The notes under the pieces were generated by a model. It saw only the letters and a program-made list of their open reading frames with translations. It did not search any database and had not been told where the DNA came from. This document shows, in pieces, positions 50,456-63,997 of a DNA stretch of 64,000 nt (positions are counted from its first letter, which is position 1; every line of letters begins with the position of its first letter). The DNA comes from Octopus bimaculoides. Taxonomy: Eukaryota. The stretch is taken from NCBI RefSeq assembly GCF_001194135.2, contig NC_068996.1, forward strand, positions 45,725,721 to 45,789,720. Reading direction: 5' to 3'. The translations under genes and the position numbers were made by a program.

Positions 50456-51018
50456 ATATTGAGCTGTATTCTCTCTGTCTCTCTTTCTCTGATAAGTATC
50501 TATACTTGGAAATAGTTATGTCCCACTGTACTTCAGATGAGCATATCTGTGAAGGATACGAACAGTAACTATGATAAACCGTAAAACAAGTATTTTGTTT
50601 ACAGTTGTCCCACTTCTTGTGATAGCTATTTCTTCATCGAGTTACGGAAACTGCAAAACCTTTCTGTCTTAATTTTTTTTATTTCTGAAAAAAAAAAAAA
50701 GAAAAACACAGTCGTTTAAAATAAGGAGCAAATAATTGGTCTCGTATATACCTATAACCAATGATCTTGTTTAGCAAATTGCGATATAAAATTTTAAAAA
50801 TTCATCCAATCATACGTAAGCTACAAACTGTACACATGGCTTCTGTTTGAGTATGAATTCAGAATAGACTGGTAAAATACAAATAGAAAAAAATAAACAC
50901 GTAATTGATGTATACACGTGTATATACGTAAGTATACACAAGTGCGCAGGTGTGCGTGCGTATATGTAAGTATGCATATATATATACATAATTTATGTAT
51001 ATATATATATAATGTATG

Positions 51019-51076
<58 letters not shown>

Positions 51077-51630
51077 CACATACTCACGCTTACCAACTAC
51101 GCCTCTCTCTATACACGTACACAAGCGTGCGTGTGTTTGTGTATATATCGGTGTGCGTATATATACTCGCAGGCCATTTGTCTTTTCTATGTCAATCCAG
51201 TCTTAGTATGGAACAGGCTTCTCTTTCGATTACTGGTTTCCCAGACCAGCTTGAAGACTATAGCAAAGTTCGACAAAGGAATCGCATTTACTAGAACAGG
51301 TCTATACATATTCAACAAGAAATCACTTCTCATATCAGCTATGCAGTGACTCAAGTTATTATTGTCTGCATAAGATTTGCTATAAACTAGTGAGGTAATA
51401 CATTAATATTAATGTTTACACACCAATAAACTTATATCTATTTTTGACCTTTTTATTTTATTTTATTTCTTTTTAGCCGTTATTTACTTTTTGCTTTTGT
51501 TTTATCCATAAATTAATGGTCATTTTTTCCCCACCCCGCCTTTCGATTCGTTTCCATTTTCACGATTGCGCGCGCACACACACACACCAAAGATATACTT
51601 TTGCTTCCTACGTATTTCTCTATCACACCT

Positions 51631-51665
<35 letters not shown>

Positions 51666-52724
51666 TTATCTATCCCCACCTCTCTCTCTCCCTCTATGAC
51701 TTTCACAATTTCTTAGTAATATACATTATTTTTTAAGTTAAAATATGCAGCGTATAAAAAACTGTTCATACCCATACGAACTCTTGTTTTCACACACACC
51801 CACACCCACACACATGAACACGCACACACGCACGCACACACACACACACTTATACACACACACTTACACACACGCACACACGTGTCTATTCAGATGGTTA
51901 CATTATTTTCTTTCAGTTTCTCTTCACAAAGTCTGTAGATTTTGTATATTAACTTCGAATAGTTTGATCCAATTATCATTCCTATTTCCTCCTACTCCGC
52001 ACCACCCATCCGTTCTGATTTTCATTTGTACGTCTAAATATAAAAATGGAAATTACTTACCTTTCTGAATGTTACATAATCAGGAATCATAAATGGTAAA
52101 TTTTAGATCTAAATCCAATATACATTTTCGGGGACCAATGAACGCAAGATTAGTCGAGTGTTTTACGAGTTCGAATCACCTGGTTCGGATTTCGATACCA
52201 CTGTGCGTTCATTCTTTCTGTCATTCGTTCTTTCGATCCCGCTGTGCGTTCTTCTCTTTGTCATTCGCTTTTGATTGATCAGTATTTAATGAGTGAAGTT
52301 TGGAAGACGGAGATTTTATGTAAGCCCTGCGCGCGTGCGTATGTGGGTGAGAGAGGGAGGGAGAGAAAATAAATGAAAATGGTGCTGTTCGAACGAAGTC
52401 CTTTGCACTGAATTTTAGATACGCCCTTATCATTTCCAGTGATCCACTTGTTGGTCCATTGGAACCCGTTAACTAACAGTCTATAGGTTAATTGCGAGGA
52501 AAAATATACAGACCCATGAAACGTATTAAATGAACTAAACATCTCATTTCGATTTCAATGACATATTTTGTCATTTCACGTTATCTTCACTGTCTAAAGA
52601 CTAAGTCACGTGTTATCATTTCTTATTCTATAAGTCTAAGAATCTATATTTAGAGGCAGACAACGCCAATTCTCAGTTATTCCTTTCTTATGTTACTCAT
52701 AACTTTGTGTGTGTACGAGTGCGT

Positions 52725-53100
52725 ATATATAGACTGCTTTCTCGTATACGAGCAAAGCTATTACTAGAAAGAATCATTAAAATGAGTCATTGATCATGCA
52801 ACGTGAAGCCCGTATATGACTCTTGAGTTTGACCAAAGATTTTCACATTTTATTGCATAACGCAGTTGCGTTGTCTGGCAGAAACAACCGGTGCCACAGC
52901 ATGAAGTTTTTTGACATGTCTTTTCAATCCTCCAACAGAACGACACACCTTTCCACAGGTTGCATATGTTCTATTGTGAATAATAGTTGTATCACAACTT
53001 ACAAGTTCATTCCTGTGACGTCTCTGATGGCCGACCAGGCCTGCATGATTCAAACATTTTCTCCCACAAATCACGCACGTAAAAAACAACATTGGTTCAT
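52725..53100 (-). pseudogene. Decayed triple C2H2-like zinc-finger segment, probably the 3' end of an RTE-type LINE
   Basis: CVICGRKCLNHAGLVGHQRRH, (Y)ATCGKVCRSVGGLKRHVKKLH and a frameshifted third finger CV-CNKM*KSLVKLKSHIR. No TGEKP linkers. Followed by the palindrome gctttctcgtatacgagcaaagc (52736-52758) and a (TA) tail. Confidence 0.65.
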
Positions 53101-53140
<40 letters not shown>

Positions 53141-53465
53141 AGTTAAGGAATGGAGTAGATAAAATCCGGGCTACATATGTTTCACAGCGAATGGAACCTC
53201 AGAAGTGGTAAATATCCAAGGGTGGTGTATACTGCAGGCTACTCTTCTGGCCAAGGGTATTTAAGTAAAGGAAGTTTACACTGTTGTTAGGAAGCACATG
53301 TTAACACACGGATGAGTCATTGGATCCTACATTTATTTATCTATCTATCCATCTATCTATCTATCTATCTATCCGTCTGTCTGTCTATCTGTGTCTCTCT
53401 CTGTATATGTATGTGTGTGCACATATTCGTGTGTGTGTGTGTGTGTGTATGTGTGTGCACATACA

Positions 53466-53605
53466 CTCGACGAGCTTCTTTCAGTTTCTGTCTACCATAT
53501 CCATTTCCAAGACTTTGCTTGGCCTGGGGCTAGAATAGAAGGCATATGCCGAAGGTATCACGCAATGGGACTAAACTACAAACCATGTGGTTGAAAACCA
53601 AGTTT
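53466..53605 (-). mobile_element. Degenerate SINE-A 5' half
   Basis: cgacgagcttctttcagtttctgtctacc...aaccatgtggttg. Confidence 0.75.
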
Positions 53606-53623
53606 CGAAACATACAACAACGC

Positions 53624-53687
<64 letters not shown>

Positions 53688-53939
53688 NNNNNNNNNNNNN
53701 NNNNNNNNNNNNNNNNNNNNNNNNNNNNNNNNNNNNNNNNNNNNNNNNNNNNNNNNNNNNNNNNNNNNNNNNNNNNNNNNNNNNNNNNNNNNNNNNNNNN
53801 NNNNNNNNNNNNNNNNNNNNNNNNNNNNNNNNNNNNNNNNNNNNNNNNNNNNNNNNNNNNNNNNNNNNNNNNNNNNNNNNNNNNNNNNNNNNNNNNNNNN
53901 NNNNNNNNNNAATGCATATATGTATGTATACACACACAC

Positions 53940-53996
<57 letters not shown>

Positions 53997-54924
53997 CGAG
54001 AAAGAGAAAAAGAGAGAATAAAGATTGAGTGCATGACAATCAAGCCTTCGAGTTACAGTTCATTGACCTTACATCATGATGTCGGTATTATAACGATGCT
54101 TATCTTGTTTAACAGGCAGCGTTTCTTTCACTAATATTCTGACAGTTACTAAGGTCTACTTTTTTTTTTTTCTCGTAAAGGTGTATCATGGTCTAATAAA
54201 TTTAAAATAAACATTTCAGGAAAGGCTGGATGCATTAATCTTCACATCTGTTTCATAAAGCTAAATAATATTGTGATCGTAACCTCGTTCTTTTGATAGT
54301 TATGTCTTTAAAATATAGTCACAGCTAGCAAATAGTCACAGCTAGCAAATACCAATACTGGGTCGTTCTACTTACCGTAAACACATCATTATATATCCGA
54401 CCACCAGCACTGTACTAATATCTAGGCAAATACATTTATCTATTTGTGGTTAAGTGCCTGTCTTGCTATAGCTGGCAGTTCACCAGATATAGTGTAAAAA
54501 AAAAATTAAACATTTTGATAGTGAAACTAAAGAATCAGATGAAACGGGCTGTTAACAAATAGTAAGCACTTTAAACTCACGAAGTAGAATACTTAAATTT
54601 GCAACTAACGTTTCAGTTAGACCTATTAATCGTAGTATCTTGCCCAAACGCCAAATCTTCCTTCCTTATTTATATATAACAAAGAACCAACCATTCCAGT
54701 ATATCTACTCACATTATGAGAAACATGTTAAATGTACTCAAGTATTTCTCAGTCCAATGAAGCACAGACAAATCGTAACAGTTTTCATATTTTGTAAGTC
54801 TTGTATAATTATAGTCATTTTTTAAATAGTAGTTTGAAATTAAAAGAAACCCACTTAACCTTGGTGTTAACTTAATATCAATACAAAAAAAAAAACAGAT
54901 TCGAGTAAGTGAATAGGAGATATA

Positions 54925-55019
54925 GGCCGTGACACCTTCGGAAAGTGTCTTCTAGTATAACCTCAGGCCGACCAAAGCTTTATCAGTGGATTTGATAGAC
55001 GGAAACTGAAAGAAGCTCG

Positions 55020-55075
<56 letters not shown>

Positions 55076-55290
55076 TTGTCTGTGCTTGTTTGCATCACCA
55101 CCACCACTTGACAACCTGTGTTGGTGTGTTTACGTTCCCGTAATGTAGCGGTTCGACTAAAGGTACAAATAGAATAAGTACCCAGCTTACAAATAGAATA
55201 AGTACCCAGCTTACGGATAGAATAAGTACCCAGCTTACGGATAGAATAAGTACCCAGCTTACGGATAGAATAAGTACTGAGCTTAATAAT
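54925..55290 (+). mobile_element. SINE-A copy ending in a SINE-derived 24-bp tandem array
   Basis: SINE-A core and body, then (atagaataagtacccagcttacNN) x4 plus a partial fifth unit at 55169-55285. Confidence 0.9.
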
Positions 55291-55389
55291 AATAAAAAAA
55301 AGACTGGAGTACATTCGTTCGATTAAAAATGGACGCACTCTCATGACTGAAAAAGATGAACGATATAGTTTGCGCACGAGCGTGAGAGA

Positions 55390-55487
<98 letters not shown>

Positions 55488-56823
55488 AACCAACCCATGT
55501 TCATTAGTTGTTTAAAAGTGAGAAGGTTTATTATGAATTCCTTTATACTATAACTGTTACACACTACATATCAATAGCATAATTGTTACTTAAAATAGTG
55601 GCACTTTTGTCAGTATAGAACAAGACTATTTAACTATTATTTAACATATGTTTATTCCTGAAGTTGATTTCTTTTTTCAATGAAAACTTTCCACCAAAAA
55701 TTTGAACAGCTTGGAAACAAGCTTTGTTGTATTTTGTCGAGGAGACTGAGGAGTACCCACAACCGTTTTCAGTATTTCCCTCGTTCCCCAGTCAGGTGAT
55801 ATTGTTGCACTCTTTAGCTTCTGGAGTTGATGCCTACACAACGAAAAATTGGGTATGGAAGAATTCAACATGTCTGCGTTTTAGAGAGAATGGTTTAACA
55901 GTATTTATGAGAACCAGACGCGTGACAAAATAGATGTGCCAAACAGTTTGCAAGCCGAAAGGCTTAAAATCGATTATATAACTGGTAGAAAAGTCAGAAA
56001 AGAAAAACAAGTCTGGTGATCTAAGAGATGTATAGCGTGTCAGTGAGGGAAATTCTTTAATCAGTGGCATGCTTTGGGGGAGCATTGCAGTCTGGAATGT
56101 TTAGGTGTGACACATGCATTTTCCCAAATGTCAGAGCATTGCACAAATGTAAATCTTGATTGAATTTGTGCAGTTAAAGTTATGCAGTTTCCGAACTGCA
56201 TAGTGTAGTCACTGATCGTATCTTTGTGCTGCTGGAGTAGATAAGGTTATGATTTTTAAGTCACTGCTTACCGAATCATTGCAACTATAGGCGAGGTGTC
56301 TAGATTAGATATAAATAATGGATGCATTCATTATGTTGAATGGGAATAAAAACGTGGTATAATCTGATATGCATAATGTTTGCATGGAAAAGTCAGTGAG
56401 TTTGATGTGCTGAGTTGTTGTAAAGAATGAAAATTGGATAAATATAACTAAAGGTTACAACTATAATCGTACAAAACCCGATCAGTTTATCCTACAATTT
56501 AGTGAGCTGAGAAGTTTCTGATATAAGAGGATATGCTGTGATTTAGTTCTTTGGGACATGAAGCCTCTGGTGTATGAAATAACATGTTAAATTTACTATA
56601 AAACTGTCCGAACAGAAACCAGAATAGTGATCACTGAGAAGGAAAAGAAACGCAAATAATTGTTTTATGTCTGTTTCTTCCTTTTGAGATACTGCAGATG
56701 AAGGTAGTTGCTCAGTAGTTAAAAACTGTTTCCTGGGTGGAGAATAGAAACAATACTTGTAAGTGTTTCCTTATGCTTCAGTAGATTTGAAGATTGTGGT
56801 GAATATAAAAGCAAGTTCTAGAT

Positions 56824-57156
56824 CAGTGGTTCTCAACCAGAGTCCATATAAGATTTTGGTGGGAGTTCACATAACAAAATGGTAAATTGGGTGTCCATAA
56901 AAGCTTTTTAAGGGTCCCTGAAAATTTTGCTTTAGATATATGTATTGGTATGCATTACAAAAAACAACTAGGTTTCTTTCTCTAACATTTTACGTAGTTC
57001 ATTCAGCCTATTCAAGTTAAGCGAAAAAAAATATATAAATTTTGAAAGTATCTATAAAACTACTTTTTAAACACCGAATGTCTATTGGGGTCCACCAGAA
57101 TAAAATAGTAATCAAAGGAATTAATAAATGAAAAGAAAAATGGTGGAGAACCCCCT
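56824..57156. mobile_element. hAT/Charlie-like MITE, copy 1
   Basis: Termini cagtggttctcaacc / ggtggagaaccccct; flanking 8-mers ttctagat / ttctattt (6 of 8 match). Confidence 0.8.
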
Positions 57157-58181
57157 TTCTATTTTAAGAGAAATTTAAATGAGATGTCACCGGTAGTGAA
57201 CATTCTGTTAAGAGTAAAGTGATTGTACAAGTTTACGTATATGATTATGTGTATATGGTAATGAGAGTGGCAAATGAGGATCAATACTTTATGGGATATT
57301 TGTGTGTATAATTCAAAGTAAAAATAGACTGTAAATGCAATGACCTTTTCTGATTGGAGGCTATTTACTGGGCTGCCTTATTTGAGGAATAAAATGACTC
57401 TGTCCGTAATTGGTTTTATTGAGTTGGTCTAAACGTTCATTCTCTAGTAAAACACTTGAATGAAGGACATACATGTGACGGATCAGTAAATTGGAAACAC
57501 AGAAATCAAGATTCTGATATTTTATACCTTTTCGTCACAACGACGCCACAATAATCCTCTGTGAAGAGGATTAAACATATGCATGGCAATATGACAATAT
57601 TTAATGTTATATAGACACACGATAAGTCTTAATCCTAACGTAATACCTCTAGATTGTAATTTAGATTTGTCAAAACTCACAGCAGATGGACATATTGTTT
57701 TCCCACCTGGAAGTCGCCTACGTGAGTTAGAAATTCTTCATAGTAACTAAAACATTACATTACTTATCTGAAGTTAAAGTTAATCCTTTACACAAGTGGC
57801 ACAAGTCATCAAAGCCCTTATTTACCTCCCTGTTAGAAAAAAAAATGTACCAATATCTCCTTTTTACTTATTGATAGAAAGTTAGTGTGTCACTAGATTA
57901 AGGTTCCTTGTTAGGCTATTAGCTCTCTTTGTTCTTTCACCGAATAACTGTCTGTCGGGTTTCAATCTTCAGATCGAGTTAAGTACACATCATGGTAACG
58001 GTTTAACAAAAATTATACATTTTTTCAAATTTTTAGTCAAGGCATTTGTAATCTACATTTTTCTGTGTTAACTTTTTTCTGTTAGTTTTTATAGTTTGGT
58101 ATAATCACTCAAATAGGATATAATTTTTAAATTAGCCTAAAACATTCAGTTGTAATTTAGGGTCTAAGATATTTAATTTTC

Positions 58182-58441
58182 GTGGAGGCGCATGGCTTAG
58201 TGGTTAGGGTGTCAGCATCATGATCGTAAGATTGTGGTTTCGATTCCTGGACCGGGCGACGCGTTGTGTTCTTGAGCAAAACACTTCATTTCACGTTGTT
58301 CCAGTCCACTCAGCTGGCAAAAATGAGTAACGCGATGGACTGGCGTCCCGTCCAGCTGGGGAACACATACGCCATTGAAACCGGGAAACCGGGCCCTTGA
58401 GCCTGGTTAGGCTTTAAAAAGGGCGCATTTATTTTTATTTT
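58182..58441 (+). mobile_element. Full-length SINE-D with 12-bp target-site duplication
   Basis: A box tggcttagtgg, B box ggtttcgattcc, (ATTTTT)n tail; TSD tatttaattttc at 58170-58181 and 58442-58453. Confidence 0.93.
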
Positions 58442-58546
58442 TATTTAATTTTCAGTGGTTTCGTTCACGCGGTTGCAAGTGTTAACTATGGGTTAGATGC
58501 AACTCAATTGTAAACAGCGCGAGCGCCAACAATCTACCATGTGCAC

Positions 58547-58670
58547 AAGGATGGCCGTCTGATTAAGGAGTTCGCTTTTCAACTGGGACGATTCAGAATC
58601 GACGCTACTGCGCGATACCAGACTAAAGCTCTATGAATCAGATTTGATGGACAGAAACAATGTGGAAGAC
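58547..58670 (+). mobile_element. Very degenerate SINE-A head
   Basis: Weak head match plus gactaaagctctatgaatcagatttgatggacagaaac. Confidence 0.45.
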
Positions 58671-59557
58671 TATTGAAGAGACTGGAAAGGTCTTTGATTG
58701 CTTTAAGAAGAGTACTCTTTACTGCAAGACTTGAACCTAGATTGCTAGCCTGAGAATAACTTCCTACCTTCCCTCGATAGTTTGGAAGGTAATGAAAATT
58801 GTCATGGCGCTATCCTTTCTTCTCTGACTAAATTACCTATTTTGTTTGTGTTCAGTGCGTCGTTCAATATTTCCTAAACTTCTAAATGTAACATGAAACT
58901 ATTCGAGTAACGACTGTCTTAAAAATCTCACAGAAGCTCCCATTTACTAAGCGATCAATTCCTTCCATAGTAATTTGTATGTATGCGAAAATATGACTGC
59001 GTAAACTTTACACCGTCCATTGCATATTTAAAGAAGGAAAAAAATCTTTTTTCATTAGTCGTTATATTTCGTTAGACTGTTTTCTTGCTCCTATGTTCAA
59101 AACAAAACAAAACAAAAACCTAGGTTTTATCTTCGGGAAGAAATAAATTTGTAGCACTTGTTTATGATATCGGTTTCATTGATAAGGATCGATATGGTTC
59201 TTCGTTGTCATAAGGCTTTATATAAATTTTCTCGGACCAGAGACACTACGTCAAGACACCAGTTGCGAAGGCTTACTCGTTCGCGCTCAGTTACTTTTAG
59301 TATAATTTTCATACGTAATTTCCCAACATTTTTAGAATTGTTCATTCTATTTATTTATTGTTGCTGTGGTTATTCTACTTAAATTTGTGGTTGTTATAGT
59401 ACAACAGGGAGGAATTTGTGGTAAATAAGTGCACAAGGAAAATGTCAAACTGACAAGGAGCGTGGTATAAAATTAGACCACAGCTTTTGTTCCGACTCTC
59501 TGTTTTGACAGAAACGCTTTCGTCAACACAGGTACAAACTGTATTACTCGCTTAGAT

Positions 59558-59878
59558 CAGGGGTTCTCAACCATTCTCTTTACCCATGGGCCCCTTTGAT
59601 TACTATTTTATTCAGGTGGACCCACATAACTATTCGATGTTTAAGAACTAGTTTTATAGAAATCTCTTTCAAAATTCTTATTTTGTTTTTTCACATATTA
59701 GCTTGTACAGGTTAAACTATGTGAAACGTTTGAGAAAGAAACCTGTTTCTTGCAATACATATCAATACTTACATCTAAAGCAAAACTGTCGATCCCCAAT
59801 TTACTATGTTGTTGCATTGTTCCTGAAAATCTTACATAAACACTCAAGAGCCAAATGAACTCCGGTCGAGAACCATTG
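59558..59878. mobile_element. hAT/Charlie-like MITE, copy 2 (inverted relative to copy 1)
   Basis: Termini caggggttctcaacc / ggtcgagaaccattg; 8-mers gcttagat / ccttagac; the interior is the reverse complement of 56824-57156. Confidence 0.8.
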
Positions 59879-59954
59879 CCTTAGACGAACGATTTACTTA
59901 AAACTCTTCTGTTTAATCCTTCTCTCAGCGTCACACACACAGAATGTATATATA

Positions 59955-60165
59955 TATATATGATAGATCGCTAATCACTACACACATTTTTTCTCTCTTT
60001 GCTTCTCTCCTTGTTTCTTTCTGTGTTCCTTTCTGTGGAAGAGCGTAGGCTCGAAACGTTGAAGACATTTTCAATTCCCAAGCGTTATACTAATACATCT
60101 GTTTGTTTTCTACACCACCTGTCTTCGTCTTTTGTTTTTTTGTTTTTTTTTTGTGAATTCTCCCT
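59955..60165 (+). mobile_element. Penelope pLTR-like short repeat with HHR-like motif
   Basis: Colinear with the reverse complement of 20517-20708; ends in (TA)n. Confidence 0.7.
60029..60064 (+). ncRNA. Minimal hammerhead-ribozyme-like motif (A6U core variant)
   Basis: CUUU CUGUGGA A GAGC guag GCUC GAA ACGU U GAAG: 4-bp stem I (one U-G), 4-bp stem II, ACGU stem III, GUU triplet. Confidence 0.5.
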
Positions 60166-60535
60166 ATAATATATATATATATATATATATANNNNNNNNN
60201 NNNNNNNNNNNNNNNNNNNNNNNNNNNNNNNNNNNNNNNNNNNNNNNNNNNNNNNNNNNNNNNNNNNNNNNNNNNNNNNNNNNNNNNNNNNNNNNNNNNN
60301 NNNNNNNNNNNNNNNNNNNNNNNNNNNNNNNNNNNNNNNNNNNNNNNNNNNNNNNNNNNNNNNNNNNNNNNNNNNNNNNNNNNNNNNNNNNNNNNNNNNN
60401 NNNNNNNNNNNNNNNNNNNNNNNNNNNNNNNNNNNNNNNNNNNNNNNNNNNNNNNNNNNNNNNNNNNNNNNNNNNNNNNNNNNNNNNNNNNNNNNNNNNN
60501 NNNNNNNNNNNNNNNNNNNNNNNNNNNNNNCTCTC

Positions 60536-61460
<925 letters not shown>

Positions 61461-62431
61461 NNNNNNNNNNNNNNNNNNNNNNNNNNNNNNNNNNNNNNNN
61501 NNNNNNNNNNNNNNNNNNNNNNNNNNNNNNNNNNNNNNNNNNNNNNNNNNNNNNNNNNNNNNNNNNNNNNNNNNNNNNNNNNNNNNNNNNNNNNNNNNNN
61601 NNNNNNNNNNNNNNNNNNNNNNNNNNNNNNNNNNNNNNNNNNNNNNNNNNNNNNNNNNNNNNNNNNNNNNNNNNNNNNNNNNNNNNNNNNNNNNNNNNNN
61701 NNNNNNNNNNNNNNNNNNNNNNNNNNNNNNNNNNNNNNNNNNNNNNNNNNNNNNNNNNNNNNNNNNNNNNNNNNNNNNNNNNNNNNNNNNNNNNNNNNNN
61801 NNNNNNNNNNNNNNNNNNNNNNNNNNNNNNNNNNNNNNNNNNNNNNNNNNNNNNNNNNNNNNNNNNNNNNNNNNNNNNNNNNNNNNNNNNNNNNNNNNNN
61901 NNNNNNNNNNNNNNNNNNNNNNNNNNNNNNNNNNNNNTATATATATATATTTATATATATATATAGTGTGTGTGTGTGTGTGTGTGTGTGTAAGACGAAA
62001 GGTTTCAGACAAAGAATTCAAAAATAAGAATGATAAAGCTGAAGTGAAGAACAAATATATAAAGTGCGTGTCTTTATTTGGCAAAAAAAATAAAAAGAGA
62101 CCAGCCCGAAATATAAGAAATATAAGATGTGTGTATGTGTGTATTGGAAATCTGTAGATCATTATTGCTGATTTCATACGTTATACTAGTTTCGTTTGTT
62201 GTTTGGAAAACAATGTTTAATTATATGACTTTCGTTTTTAACTTCCCGGAAACAGGAGGTAGCATATCTTGTGGCAACATTACATTTTATAGAGGTATAC
62301 TTTATAGTGACAAGGTTCATCTTTAATTCCTTAATGCTATTAATCTTTACACAAAAGTTCTTTCTATAAGCACTTTTTTGTTTTTCATTGTTGCCTTTTT
62401 TTCTCTCTAGCGGAAACGTTTACACACACAC

Positions 62432-62464
<33 letters not shown>

Positions 62465-63171
62465 AATTACGCACGCACACACACACACACACACACACAC
62501 TACGCACACCTATATGACATTTTTGCTTCTTTTAAATACTTGCCTTCAGTGATAGGGGATTTTGATATTTAAATAAAGCTTTAATGCCAGTTCCTGTGCT
62601 TCAATGTCTAAATGTGAAAACATATAGACATCTCTCTCTTTCTCCATCTCTTTCTTTCTTTCTCTCTCTCTCACACACACATACACACACCCGTGCATCT
62701 TTAAGTAGCGTCTTTATGTGTCAAGGACTATCTGGGTGAGATGCATGTTAACATATCAAATAACATTGCTTGTGACCATTGTATGAGCGATAATAATTGT
62801 AGGTGGTTGTGTTTCGTTAACATCTTCGCTCATATTTTTTAATCCACCAATTCAGTCCAGTCTACTTAAGCACTCACTTCGTTTTACTTCTTGCTCTCTC
62901 TTTCTCCTTAATCTCTTTTTATTATCAGACCCGTTTCATAATTGTTTATCTTCTTATCGTTGTCGTTCTGTGTCTAGTGCTTCCTTATGGTCATATGTTT
63001 GTGGAAAGCAATCGACGAAAAAGCCCACTTCAACTTGTTGCTGTTTTTATTGCATTATGTAATGTCTCGTAAATTATACAATAGTTATAGAGGGGTATAA
63101 AAATGTGTGTAAGTTTGTATGTGCAAACGAAAGAAAGGAGCTCGTGATACATTGTGTAAAATATACTTGTT

Positions 63172-63350
63172 TCAAATTTTAGCACAAGGCCAGCAATTTT
63201 GGGAAAGGGTCTCTGTTGATCACATCAACCCCAGTGCTCAACTGATACGTATATTATCGATCCGAAAGGATGTATGGCAATGTCGGACACGGCGGAATTT
63301 GAACTCAGAACGTAAAGACAGGTGAAATACTGCTAAGCATTTTGTCTGCT
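63172..63350 (-). mobile_element. SINE-B copy (ggccagca tail variant)
   Basis: gcacaaggccagcaatttt...ggcggaatttgaactcagaacgtaaagac. Confidence 0.88.
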
Positions 63351-63477
63351 TGCAGCCTTAAGGGAAATCGGCAAGGATCTTCTAACATTTGAACTTGCAT
63401 ACAGACATTTAAATATCATTTGCTATTCAATTTCCACTGAAATGTCACGCTATTGTGTAGTTAATATTTATAGGTCG

Positions 63478-63608
63478 TTTCACCGAGGTCGACTTTGCCT
63501 TTCATCTTTCCGGGGTCGATAAATGAAGTAGCAGTTGCGTACTGGGGTCGGTCTAATTGACTGGCCCCCTTCGCCAAACTTTCGGGCCTTGTACCTAGAG
63601 CAGAAAAG
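63478..63608 (+). mobile_element. 5'-truncated SINE-B with 15-bp target-site duplication
   Basis: TSD aatatttataggtcg at 63463-63477 and 63609-63623. Confidence 0.9.
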
Positions 63609-63903
63609 AATATTTATAGGTCGGTAACTGATGACTCCCACGATTGTTACTCAGTTTCATTAGCGCGAAAACTAGTCTAATCGTGGTGAGTACCTGGTCT
63701 ATGAAATGTGTGCTTTCGTACCAATTGAACACCTGGTAATGGTTGGTTCAGACACTAATTGATGTTCTCTCTCTTTCTAATATTTTCGATATTTTTAATT
63801 AAGATTTCTTAATACAAAATTCAAGAGCTTTTTAGTCTAAGTCTGATAATTTTTGATGGCTAACCGATTTTTGACGCAAATAATATAACTGTGTTCAGCC
63901 TGT

Positions 63904-63939
<36 letters not shown>

Positions 63940-63950
63940 CTCTCTCTCTT

Positions 63951-63997
<47 letters not shown>

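Noticed and set aside
55169-55285. CRISPR-like look of the 24-bp array (also 40611-40703 and 30936-30999)
   Set aside because: The units are contiguous with no unique spacers, there are no cas genes, and the context is eukaryotic.
55882-56010. Exon-like open frame REWFNSIYENQTRDKIDVPNSLQAERLKIDYITG after a ttttag
   Set aside because: No strong donor, no recognisable family, and the stop density nearby is not clearly below random.
56181-56202. 9-bp hairpin tatgcagtt-tccg-aactgcata (possible Helitron end)
   Set aside because: No CTRR terminus follows and no 5' TC end was identified.
63625-63680. CUGAUGA...GAAAACUAGUC
   Set aside because: There is no stem II pairing and the stem III register is off by one.
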